Source: the human T2T-CHM13v2.0 reference genome, Homo sapiens
Length of the DNA stretch: 64,000 nucleotides
Direction: 5' to 3' (one strand)
NCBI RefSeq assembly: GCF_009914755.1
Contig: NC_060934.1
Each line of letters starts with the position of its first letter. The stretch's first letter is position 1. The translations under genes were made by a program, and so were the position numbers. Positions 50,311 through 64,000 of the stretch are shown one piece after another. The notes beneath the pieces are model-generated. The model was given only the letters and a program-made list of their open reading frames with translations. It was not told the DNA's origin and made no database searches.

Positions 50311-51621
50311 GGAACTTTACTAAGGCAATCTTCCTTCGTGACTCAGGTGAAGTCATTCTGCCACTCTACAGAAGGTCTGGTTCCACAACACAGCCTTCAA
50401 CACACAAACTATACAATATAAACATGATTATCATGAATAAGGAGAAAAAGCGTATATAATCTTACCAAACGTACATATCAATGTCTTTGACTAAGGCAGT
50501 ATCTTGGGGCAAATAAAATTACGCGCTGTTCCCACACACAGTGTGTAAGATTCCGACTATCTGCATCAAGGCAAATATTTTCTCTGCACAGCTAACTGGA
50601 CAAGTACAGCTTCATAAAATTAGTAGCTAGAAATGAACTCTCCAGTTGCTTTACCAGATGCCACTCAAAACTTGCAGTTAATAATAGGAGAGAAAAACCT
50701 GGCTGTGATGGTCACAATCATTTTCAACATCCTATCACCACCACCACCGCCACGCACACATACACACAAACCAAAGTAAAAGCACATTCTTTTCCTAGCT
50801 ATGGAAGCATACATATATCCTGGTCAGAGGCAGTTTCGGATTACAAAACAGATTTTGGTCTTAAATCTTAATGCGTGCAATTGAGCGTTAAGACAGACTA
50901 CTAACATAAAGTTCAACATGCAACCCAATCTTGGGTTTGGACACAAGACATAACCCATCCTGAAAGGCTTATTCTTATGAGTGTAAGCTCTGAAAAGTGA
51001 TTTTATGCATTATTAGCTTCAAGACGATGTCGGAGCTGCCACTGCATCGGAAAGCAACTCATTATTTCCCTAGCAGGATGCAAAAGTGTAACACAGTAGA
51101 GAAGGAACAAGGTGTAGATATAGGTCAACTTTCAAATTCCTTACTTGTTTAACACAGCCTGGCCAAAAACACAAGAACACAAGTTGCCAGATTTCTTTTC
51201 TCTCTCTGGCTGCAGAAGACTGAAGGCCTTTCCCTAACGAGACTCAGGCAGCCTTATTTTCCCCTCACTTTGAGGGTGAAACTTCAAGAGAAGACGGGTG
51301 CGAAAAGAGCTTCCCAATGTTGAGAGACTGCCAGTTGTGATAGGGATCGCACTGACCGAACTTGGGGCTCCGTGTGTACCAGGCTGCCTCTCTAGGCCAG
51401 GTAATACAAGAAGCCAGGGCCGCTCAGGCGCTGGCCGCAGACACCAAATGAGGGGGAGGGGACGGTGAGGGGGAAGGAGGCAGGGAGGCGAAGGCGGACG
51501 GGGAGAAGAGGAAAGACCGAGGCCTGAAACAAAGGAAGCGGAGCTTTCTCCAAGAGGGGGTGGATTCGGCGTCCGAGTGAGGTGGAGAAAAGCCAAGGCT
51601 GCAGGGAAAGGCTGGACTCAC

Positions 51622-51988
51622 AGAACTTGGAGGTGGAGGTGTTGATGTTGATGGTGGAGCTGGCGGTGGGGGCGGGGGCCGCCTTGGCCACGGCGGCGGC
51701 CGCGTCGCAGCTCTTCAACATCATGATCACCCCATTAGCCTCCGGCGGTGGCTGCGGCCCCATCGGGAGCCCCTCCTTGGGGCCTTTCCTGTCCACGGAG
51801 ACCGCGGGCACCGCCAGCAGCTGCCCCCCCGGAGGCTCTCGGGCAGGGGCCGGGATCGACGAGGGGGGCGGCGGAGGTGGCAGGGGCTGCCGGAAGCCGT
51901 CCACCGCAGCCTCCCAGTTGTTGTGGTTCTGGTCGTCCATCATCGCCTCGTAGCTGCCCCCCTCCTCCTCTTCCATGCTTTCCTCCAT
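51622..51988 (-). CDS. CACUL1: CACUL1 coding exon 1 (codons 1-122 plus 1 nt; acidic, Pro/Ala-rich low-complexity N-terminus)
   Basis: ATG at 51988 in strong context (AGG ATG G). Frame matches ORF 51392..52006. Donor T|GTGAGT at 51621. 367 nt, phase 1. Confidence 0.96.
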
Positions 51989-52074
51989 CCTGCTGGCCCC
52001 CGGCACCCGCCCGCCTCACAGGCACCTGCCGCCTGTCTCAACCCCGGGCCAGCGGGCACCGCTGCCTCCCCGAG

Positions 52075-52080
52075 TTACAT
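52075..52080 (-). promoter_or_regulatory. Start-stop uORF (ATG-TAA) in the probable CACUL1 5' UTR
   Basis: Minus strand reads GCCGCCGGCG ATG TAA C. It is the only ATG between about 52270 and the main ATG. Confidence 0.65.
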
Positions 52081-52943
52081 CGCCGGCGGCAGGAATGGGC
52101 GCAGCGGAGAGGGCTGCGGTGCGCAGGGTCTCTCGCTCTCCGCGGGGCCGACTAGCTTGAAGACGCGGCTGACGGCGGTGGGCGCTCCGGGGCTCTAGTC
52201 TGGGAGAGGCAGCCGTAAAGCAGCGGCGCTCCTCACGACGTTTTACAGCGGCTTCCAACAGGCAGTTGGAAAGGGCAGCTGGGGGCGCGGCCAGGAGGGC
52301 ACGTGGTGCGAGGGACTGGCCGCGAGAAAGCGGAGCCAAAAGGGGCGGGAGCTGTGAGTCACTCCCACGCAACAGGGCAGAGGTTCGCCCCGCCTCGGCT
52401 GGCAGGGAGCTAACAGGGGAGGCGCGACGGGTCGGGACGGGCATTCGCCGGCCCCGCCCCCTGCCCGGCCTCACGTGACAAAGGTGTGTCTTGCGCACGC
52501 GCGTTCGCAATCTGGTTACCATGACGACGAGGCCCTCGCCGGTTCCTGAGGACGCGCGCGGAGCAGTCTTGGCAGTAGCTGTGGACTGGCCAGAGTGATT
52601 GGAGGTGTTTTCCTCGCGTCCTCCAAGTCTACGGGGCCTTCGCACCTCTGAGTGCCTGAGAGCCCCGGCTTTTGCTTGGGACGGAGGTACGGGACCACAA
52701 GAGGCCCCGGGGTCGCAGGTTATAAACGGATGAGACCGCCCTGGGCGGCCCGTGGTCCGACTGCTCTTGGGTCGGTCCCCAGCCGTCGCGACACACACGC
52801 ACAAAATCGAGAATAAAAACCGAATCACACATAGCAGGATGGCGCAAAAAAGAAATGCGTTTGAGTTACTCATGTGTTTTTAAAATTCCTTTACGCTTGT
52901 ATGCACTAAGGCCAGCAACCCAACTTTTAAAAATGCCGGCTCA

Positions 52944-53528
<585 letters not shown>

Positions 53529-53639
53529 AGAATTAAGTGGTATGCTGAAGGGGAAAACATAAAACCTTAGAATTACATGTGTGGCAAAAAGAGAGGCAGA
53601 AGGAAAGCAAATTCTGTTTCAAACAACTAATGGTTTATC

Positions 53640-54690
53640 ATCAACAGACTCTAGGTAGATGGCTGGGTGAGTGCGATGGGATAAAGAAGGGTCTTTACAT
53701 TTAAAAAAAAAGTCCAATATACAGGGAAGATAGAGTCAAAAAAGTGTCTCTAACATACTGTGTCATAAAGCAAGTCTTTACATATCTAAGGATTTATATC
53801 ATAGCGACTATATGGCCACAAAATATATGAAGCGAAAATGAACAGAAGTATAAGAAGACAAAGAAATCTACCATCAGAGTAGGTGATTTTTCACTCCCTC
53901 TCTAATTGCAGTGAGTTGAATACAGCCTCCCACAAGATATGTCCATATCCTAATTCCTAGAACTTGCGAGTATGACCTTATTTGGAAAAACGGCGTTTGC
54001 AGATGTAATTAAAGTTCTTGAGATGAGAAGATCATCCTGGATTATCCAGGTGGGCCATCAATCCAATGATAGGTGTCTTTATAAAAGAGAGGTAGAAGAG
54101 AAGAGAAGGTAATGTAACCACAGAAGCAGAGATTGGAGTGATGGCATTCCCAAGTCAAGGAATGCTGACAGCACCCAAAGCTGGAAGAGACAAATTTTCC
54201 TCTTGAGCCTCTGGAGGGATTGTGACCCTGCCAACATGTAGATTTCAGACTTCTAGATGCCAGAACTGAGAATTCATGTCGGTTTTTTTAAGCCACCTAT
54301 TGTGATAATTTGTTAAGCAACTGATTACAGGAAACTAATACATAGACCGAGGGGACCAAAAAAATCTTTAAGGTACTGGAAGAGTTGAGTAACACAATTA
54401 CCAAGCTTAATCTAATATATATGTGTAGAATATTGCCTTAATGACCATAGAATACACACTCCTATCAAGAATATGCTAAACATTTACAAAAATTGAACAT
54501 ACTGTGTCATAAAGCAAGTCTCCACATATCTAAGGATTTATATCATAGTAACCACATTTTCTGGTCACTATATAGGTAAGTTAAAAATCAATAACCAAAA
54601 GGTAACTGGCAAGCCCCATATTTCCACTATTCCAATTAACTCATGGGTCATAAAATCATAATAGAAATTAGAAAACATTTAGAACTGATG
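53640..54690 (+). mobile_element. L1 ORF2 endonuclease-region remnant interrupted by MLT1
   Basis: gtaggtgattttt, agaatacacact, acatttacaaaaattga motifs. Confidence 0.65.
53907..54342 (+). mobile_element. MaLR LTR (MLT1C/D-like)
   Basis: atgaccttatttggaaa...tttgcagatgtaattaa...atcatcctggattatccaggtgggcc...ggaaactaataca. Confidence 0.8.
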
Positions 54691-55439
54691 GGCTTGGTAG
54701 TAATCATAGCAATGTAACTTCCATCCTCTTGAGGGCCCTGCTCCAAGGGTTTTTACCCAGCACACTGATGAATACTGAACCTTTTGTGTGTGTGTTGTCA
54801 AAATGATCAATATAACAGCCATTTTTGCTGTAATTAAACTACTGTGACAAGACCTAATGACAGTTGAGCGAAACCAGTCACTGACAGGGGACAATTTCCC
54901 ATAAGAAATCCTACTGAAGGGAAACCAAATGAACATATTGGTAACTGGTTGATTTTGTGGCATTATGAGACATTGTTATACTTTAGAGCATATTATATTT
55001 TAATAGTTATTAACATAAATCTTTGATTTGTTCTGGGTTGTGGAGATGGGGTATAACATTATTAGCAACATTTACCCAAAAACAGTGAACACAAGGTTAG
55101 TAGTTACTATGACGTTCCATAGTCGCAGATATTCATCTATTTGTTCGGTTTTTGTTTGTCTGTTTCTATTTCCCACTAGGCTGTGAATTTCATTAAAGCA
55201 GGATAAATATATGTGTAAAATTTCTGTGTAAGTTTGGATACATAAAGAGGAAACTAACTCAAAACTCAATAGCAGTTATCTAGGGATAGTGAGATTATGG
55301 ATGGTCTTAATGTTCTTCTTTATATCTTTCAATGTTTTCTTGGTTCTCTACAATAAGTATGTATTATTTTTATAATCAGAAAAGAATTCTGAAACTTAAA
55401 GATTAACAAATAAAAACGTTAAGTATAAATTGGGATTCC

Positions 55440-55990
55440 ATAGGCTAAAATGTTTGTTTTGGCTTCCAGAAGCAAAAACTCAAATAAAAATTGCTTTAAA
55501 ATCAAGGCTGTTCATTGGCTAAGAGACTGAGAAGGTCTAGGAATGGTGGAGGTGAGGCAGGGCTCAGCCATTACTGAGCTCTGCTTCTCTGTGGTGTTGT
55601 CTTGTTCTCTCTTGTGCATGTTTCACCCTTAGGCTGCCTACAAAATGCCTGCCACAGCCCCTGGCCTCAGGTCTATGGACAAGAAGTCAAGATGAAAAGG
55701 GCCTGTGAATTCTGGTAGCTTTCTATTATGAGAAAATTCCCAGAAGCCCTCAGGAAACTTCCTCACAGTGTCTCATTGGTCCATTCCTAAACCAATCACA
55801 TGGCACTTAGACCTGGATTCCAGAGCCCTTTACTGGAAAGGGTATGGATTCATTCCTGGAAAATAAAGCCCATTCCTGGAACTTAGCATGGGATCAGCTT
55901 CTCCCTAAGTACATTGGCTGAGAGGGGAAGGAGTGGCTAGAAGAACAAATATTGGAGTCAATCGGGAATGTTTAAAGTGCTGGGTAGGCT
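55440..55990 (-). mobile_element. Old MaLR LTR (MLT1J/K-like)
   Basis: gcagaaactcaa-like start, tcttgttctctc, tctcattggtcc...aaccaatcac motifs. Confidence 0.5.
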
Positions 55991-56148
55991 ACAATTCCAT
56001 TATAGGCCAAAGTATGGAATCCCCTAGAACTCCTATTACCTAACCTTACCCCAGCCTCTCCACTACCTGCCCTTCATAAATGCCTCCCTAATCAATATAT
56101 CTATGCAAAATTATGTACATACTGATTAGAATCAAGAAAGACATAACC

Positions 56149-56315
56149 GGCCAGGCAGTGTCTGATATCTGTAATCCCAACACTTTGGGAGGCCAAGGCG
56201 GGTGGATCACCTGAGGTCAGGAGTTCAAAACCAGCCTGGCCAACGTGTTGAAACCCTGTCTCTACTAAAAATACAAAAATTAGCTGGACGTGGCGGCATG
56301 CACCTGTAATCCCAG
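56149..56315 (+). mobile_element. AluS, 5' part (split by LTR12)
   Basis: Runs to cacctgtaatcccag, then the LTR begins. Confidence 0.93.
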
Positions 56316-58047
<1,732 letters not shown>

Positions 58048-58269
58048 TTAATTATGAAATGCCATGTGGCCAATTGTCTAAAATAGTTAAAACATTGGGG
58101 GGGGGTGGGGGCTACAGAGACTTGGTCACTAAGAATTAGTCTTTGTACGGCTTTAAATACATTGTCACTTTCCCAAACAATATTTATTTGTAATTGTTCA
58201 ATACTTTTTAATGAATAAGTGTATGACTAGCTTAAATCTACTTGAAATCCTATTTTATATCAAAAGACG

Positions 58270-58548
<279 letters not shown>

Positions 58549-59409
58549 TGAAAAGACTTTTCTTCTTTGGTCAACTCTGACAGCATAGCATGTACTATGC
58601 GATACATTAGTCCCTGAGAGAAAGTATTATTGCAATTTTTACATCTTTTCATCTATCATACCAACCTGGCATTTGTGGCATTGTTAGTAAAGGATGAAAT
58701 TGCTCAGAAGTGAATAAGAGGAAAGAAGAGGAGAAAAAATATATGAGAAAAATCCAAAAATTATACATGCCTCTTCTAAGTAGTCAAGAACTCATTGAAT
58801 CAGAAAAGACTGTAGTAGACAACATACAGACATATAGGTGTTTTCTCTTAATTGCTATTCATTTTAAATGGACTATTAATTACACAAAGGAATTAGCATG
58901 GAAAACATAAAAATTCAACTTTGATGGAGATAAACTATATTAGGATAAAGAAGAATGAATACTTGTGTTTAATCCCTAGGAGATTAGAATTGTACCAATA
59001 CAGCATTGACAAAGAAATAATTTGTGAATGCATAATGCAGTTGGAAGTCTAACTGCAAAGCTATTGGAGTGATCTTGATTAGAAGGTAAGAGGATTATTG
59101 CCGTGTAAACTCAAGCCTCAACAGTTGCACACTGAGATTACTGATTACAGTGAAGATGGGTAGCCACTCGGGGGAGTATTCTGTATTCAGTATTTCTTTC
59201 CATGTTCAATTTTATTCCTTCCTTTTACATCTTAGCATCTGAATTCTAAATTCCATCCTAGCAGGGAAACAGAGGAAATGATGCAGATTCTCTCATAAGC
59301 CTGATGAATTTAGGAGCTGAAGGAAATGACTTGAGGCTGAAGGAGGTTGGGGGAAAACAAGCAGGCAAGAGACGGGGAGTTATGTCGACACTTCATTGCA
59401 GGCCTGTCC

Positions 59410-60560
<1,151 letters not shown>

Positions 60561-62362
60561 AGTGAGCAATGGAAATGATGAATCAGCCATAGACTCCAAG
60601 CTGAATAAGAAAGTAAAGACAGATGGAGCAGATGGGTAGAGAGAAGGTAGAGTTTTTCATGGATGAGAGGTGTCCATGGGGTTGAAGAGCTATTGGAAGG
60701 GACATCTGTCCTTAAGCAAGAAACTAGCAGGATGGGTCATAACCCAACAGTAGGCTGAATTCATGATTTCAAAGGTATTGCAGTTGCTGCTGGTGACAAG
60801 ACCTACAGTGGGAATAGCAGACATTGACCTTTGTTTTTGTTTGGCTGTCAAGTGCCTGATTTGCTTCCTATTTGTACACATTCACATTTGTTTGCTTTGG
60901 TGCAGGAAGCCAAAGGGTGCCAGACATTCCCTCTCCCCATACGCCACCATCAAGAGCAAGGGCACACATGCTGTGCTCAGCCAACCAGATCTTTCTGCCA
61001 AGGTATTTGAGTCTGAAGAGAGTAACACAAAACCATGGGAATCACTGGAAATGATTAATGACATCTGCAGAGTTCAGGTTTCACAGTAAGGGCAGGACTA
61101 GAGGCAATGGGTTAACCAAGCTGCCCCTCTGGCGTGACCTCAGCTGTATTCTCAACTGCCCAGATTTCCTTGCTTTCTGTCTGTGTTCTAGGCCAGTTTC
61201 CTCAAACTTCTTGTTGATTCTGTGAGCTACTCAACGTCCTTCCAATAAATTCCTCTCCTACTTTAGTTAACTGGCATTGGTTTCTGTTGTTTGCAAACAG
61301 AAACATAGACAGGTATAGTGGGACCTTGGGAGTGGTTGGCCAAGATGCAGTGGAAGCGAAAGTCCCTGGGCAGGAGGAGACCTCACCTCAAAAGGGGCCA
61401 TTGCCATGGGCCCCACATTTTAAAGGGCTCTGTATATGCCCTTTGTATGCTACACACAGTAAATTTACCAAGGGTATACAGGCATTGGTATTCTGTGCTC
61501 AGAGCTGGCGCAGCGTAACCACACCCTACACATTCACTCTCGTGCCTCACAACACGCAACTCCCATTAAGTGCTTCTCTGCACTCTTGGTCCTCAGATCA
61601 GAAAGCAACCACATCTGGAGGCCATGAAGGTTTCTGGGTGGTGTCATACAAATGAGAGAAACTGCTTCAGAGTGCAGAGAGGATCTGAACAACAGAAGCA
61701 CTTAACTGAGAGAGAAAACTAACTTCTCAAATCCTTTCCAGTTGGCATTGATGCAATAGATTCTTGCACAGCAAAGTATCATTTCCCAGTTGCACCAAGT
61801 GACCATTTTTGTGTTCTCATGCAGGGTCCTGGAGCTACTCGCTGCGTTAAAGCAATTTAATTTAGACAAGATAGATGAGACGTACTGGAAGAGTTCAGTG
61901 AAACAATAAATGATGTTCAAATATGAGTGAATGGTGGTCTTTAGTGGAAAATGAAATTACTTTCGTATTTGCACTATCCACAGTTACTTGGTGTGAACTG
62001 TCACTTACTAGAGAAAACTAGAGTTAAGTTTGTCTATTTTACTTTTTGAATGATTAATTTTTTTAATTTTTAAAGAAAATTTAAAAGGAAACAAACATGT
62101 TTGTATGACCATGAAGAAAATTAATGTATGATTTTCCAAAAATTTCCTTTAATTTCTTTGGAGATTATTTTTGGCCATTTTAGATCAGGATACAATCTGG
62201 AAAAAGATTTTAATAAATTGAATAACATGCTTCTGTTGTCAATTTTCTTATTACATCCCAGCATTAAAGAATTTGAAAGGAAAATACTTAAAAGTACTGT
62301 ATTGATCTTGATGTTGCTTAGAGATAGTGAAACTCATATTACTGGTAGAAATTCGTATAACG

Positions 62363-62670
<308 letters not shown>

Positions 62671-63447
62671 TTATATAATGAAATTAAAATATTTTTACTA
62701 TTTTCTGTGACAGTGATTGATTATATACAGCCTAACCCCATTAAAATGTTTGAGCATGATATATTAAATTTATAGTTCATTTCCCATCTAAGTATGGCTT
62801 TAAGAACTTAATTGATAATTCCAGTTGCTCTGACCTCAGCAGAACATAGTTTCTGCATTTTCAAATTAATGAAAAACACCCTAAGAACCATAATGTCCCC
62901 AGAAAGGTTGCCTAATTTGTCATTACTCTCAATAGAACACAAATTATGTAAAAGTCTTGATTATAACAACATAATTGGTAATTTACTTAAAAGAAGGCAA
63001 GAAAATTAACTTTCATAAAATACATATAATTTATGAATTATGTATTTTTTTATTACTCATCCACATGTTGCCAGTCCATCAAAAGAACACCCAGACATAC
63101 ACAATAATAGTTCCATTCAGTCATCCTTGTTATTTTACCATAGCTTTACATACATTTTTTATTTTGTTATCATCTGAAGGTATGTTTGTCAAGGAAGGAG
63201 GATAGGAAGTGTGTTACTTAGCAGTTAGCTGTATGTATAACATTTAAATATTTAGACATACAAATGAGTCATTTTGCACTCTTGCTGCAAATGTTAGAAT
63301 TAGGCCTGGTGAGGAGGCCAGGGAGGTAAGAGGCCAGAGGACTGGAAGGGCCATCCGTGGGGATGTTAATGTTTCCCTCAAGACAATGAATGATGACAGG
63401 AGCTGGCATGGAGATTAAGGCCATCCAGGAACAAAAAAGAGGAGGTT

Positions 63448-63740
<293 letters not shown>

Positions 63741-64000
63741 AGAGAGAGAGAGAGAGGGCGGGGTTGATAATGACCAGGAGATTGCTTCTATGAGCAGGTG
63801 AGGTGGAAAACTTCAATGGTGGGAGCCTCAGCGGAAAGGGAAGGGAAGGATTGAAATGGAAGCAGTGTGGGAACAAGGAAGACACCAACACCACCTCCCT
63901 ATCAGAGGAATATGGGACATGAGAAAACAGTGTGCCCTTCAGAGGTCACAAGGGACGCAGTGCTCAGAGAACAGCTCAGGTTAAGGCAAGAACCTGCAGG

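Larger units (their letters stand above)
51380..52820. promoter_or_regulatory. CpG island / CACUL1 promoter
   Basis: Abrupt GC- and CpG-rich stretch over exon 1. GC boxes at 52342-52350 and 52451-52460, E-boxes at 52300-52305 and 52471-52479, NRF1-like TGCGCACGCGC at 52492-52502, X-box-like GTTACCATGACGAC at 52515-52528, TGAGTCA at 52355-52361. Confidence 0.9.

Noticed and set aside
51392-51621. Extension of the exon 1 ORF past the donor ([10 protein letters not shown]...)
   Set aside because: A consensus GTGAGT donor at 51621 and in-frame continuation in exon 2 show this part is intron read-through.
51582-52478. Several plus-strand ORFs antisense to exon 1
   Set aside because: Shadow frames of GC-rich coding and CpG-island sequence.
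52016-52873. 285-aa minus-strand ORF with a hydrophobic N-terminus across the promoter
   Set aside because: It lies in a stop-poor CpG island, has Arg/Pro/Ala/Ser-rich composition with no recognisable domain, and starts upstream of the promoter motifs. Treated as a chance ORF unless Ribo-seq shows otherwise.

Overview
Primate (very likely human) genomic DNA, dense in Alu, L1, L2, LTR and DNA-transposon remnants. It holds the 5' half of CACUL1 (C10orf46, CDK2-associated cullin domain 1) on the minus strand: a CpG-island promoter and exon 1 (ATG at 51988), plus coding exons 2-4. All four splice in frame with canonical GT-AG sites and give the first 231 codons; later exons lie left of the window. 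Almost all ORFs in the supplied track are repeat-derived or GC-rich artefacts. I found no wholly new gene system. The best leads are regulatory hypotheses read from the sequence. (1) A full-length solo LTR12 (ERV9) about 4 kb upstream, inserted into an Alu and facing CACUL1, has intact promoter motifs and an ATG that could splice in frame to exon 2. (2) Exons 2-3 have circRNA-type architecture, and back-splicing would create an overlapping TAA/ATG closing a 76-aa ORF. (3) The only upstream AUG in the probable 5' UTR is an AUG-UAA start-stop element. (4) There are two candidate stop-containing cryptic exons. Repeat subfamily names are from memory of consensus sequences; repeat boundaries are approximate unless TSDs or TIRs are cited.
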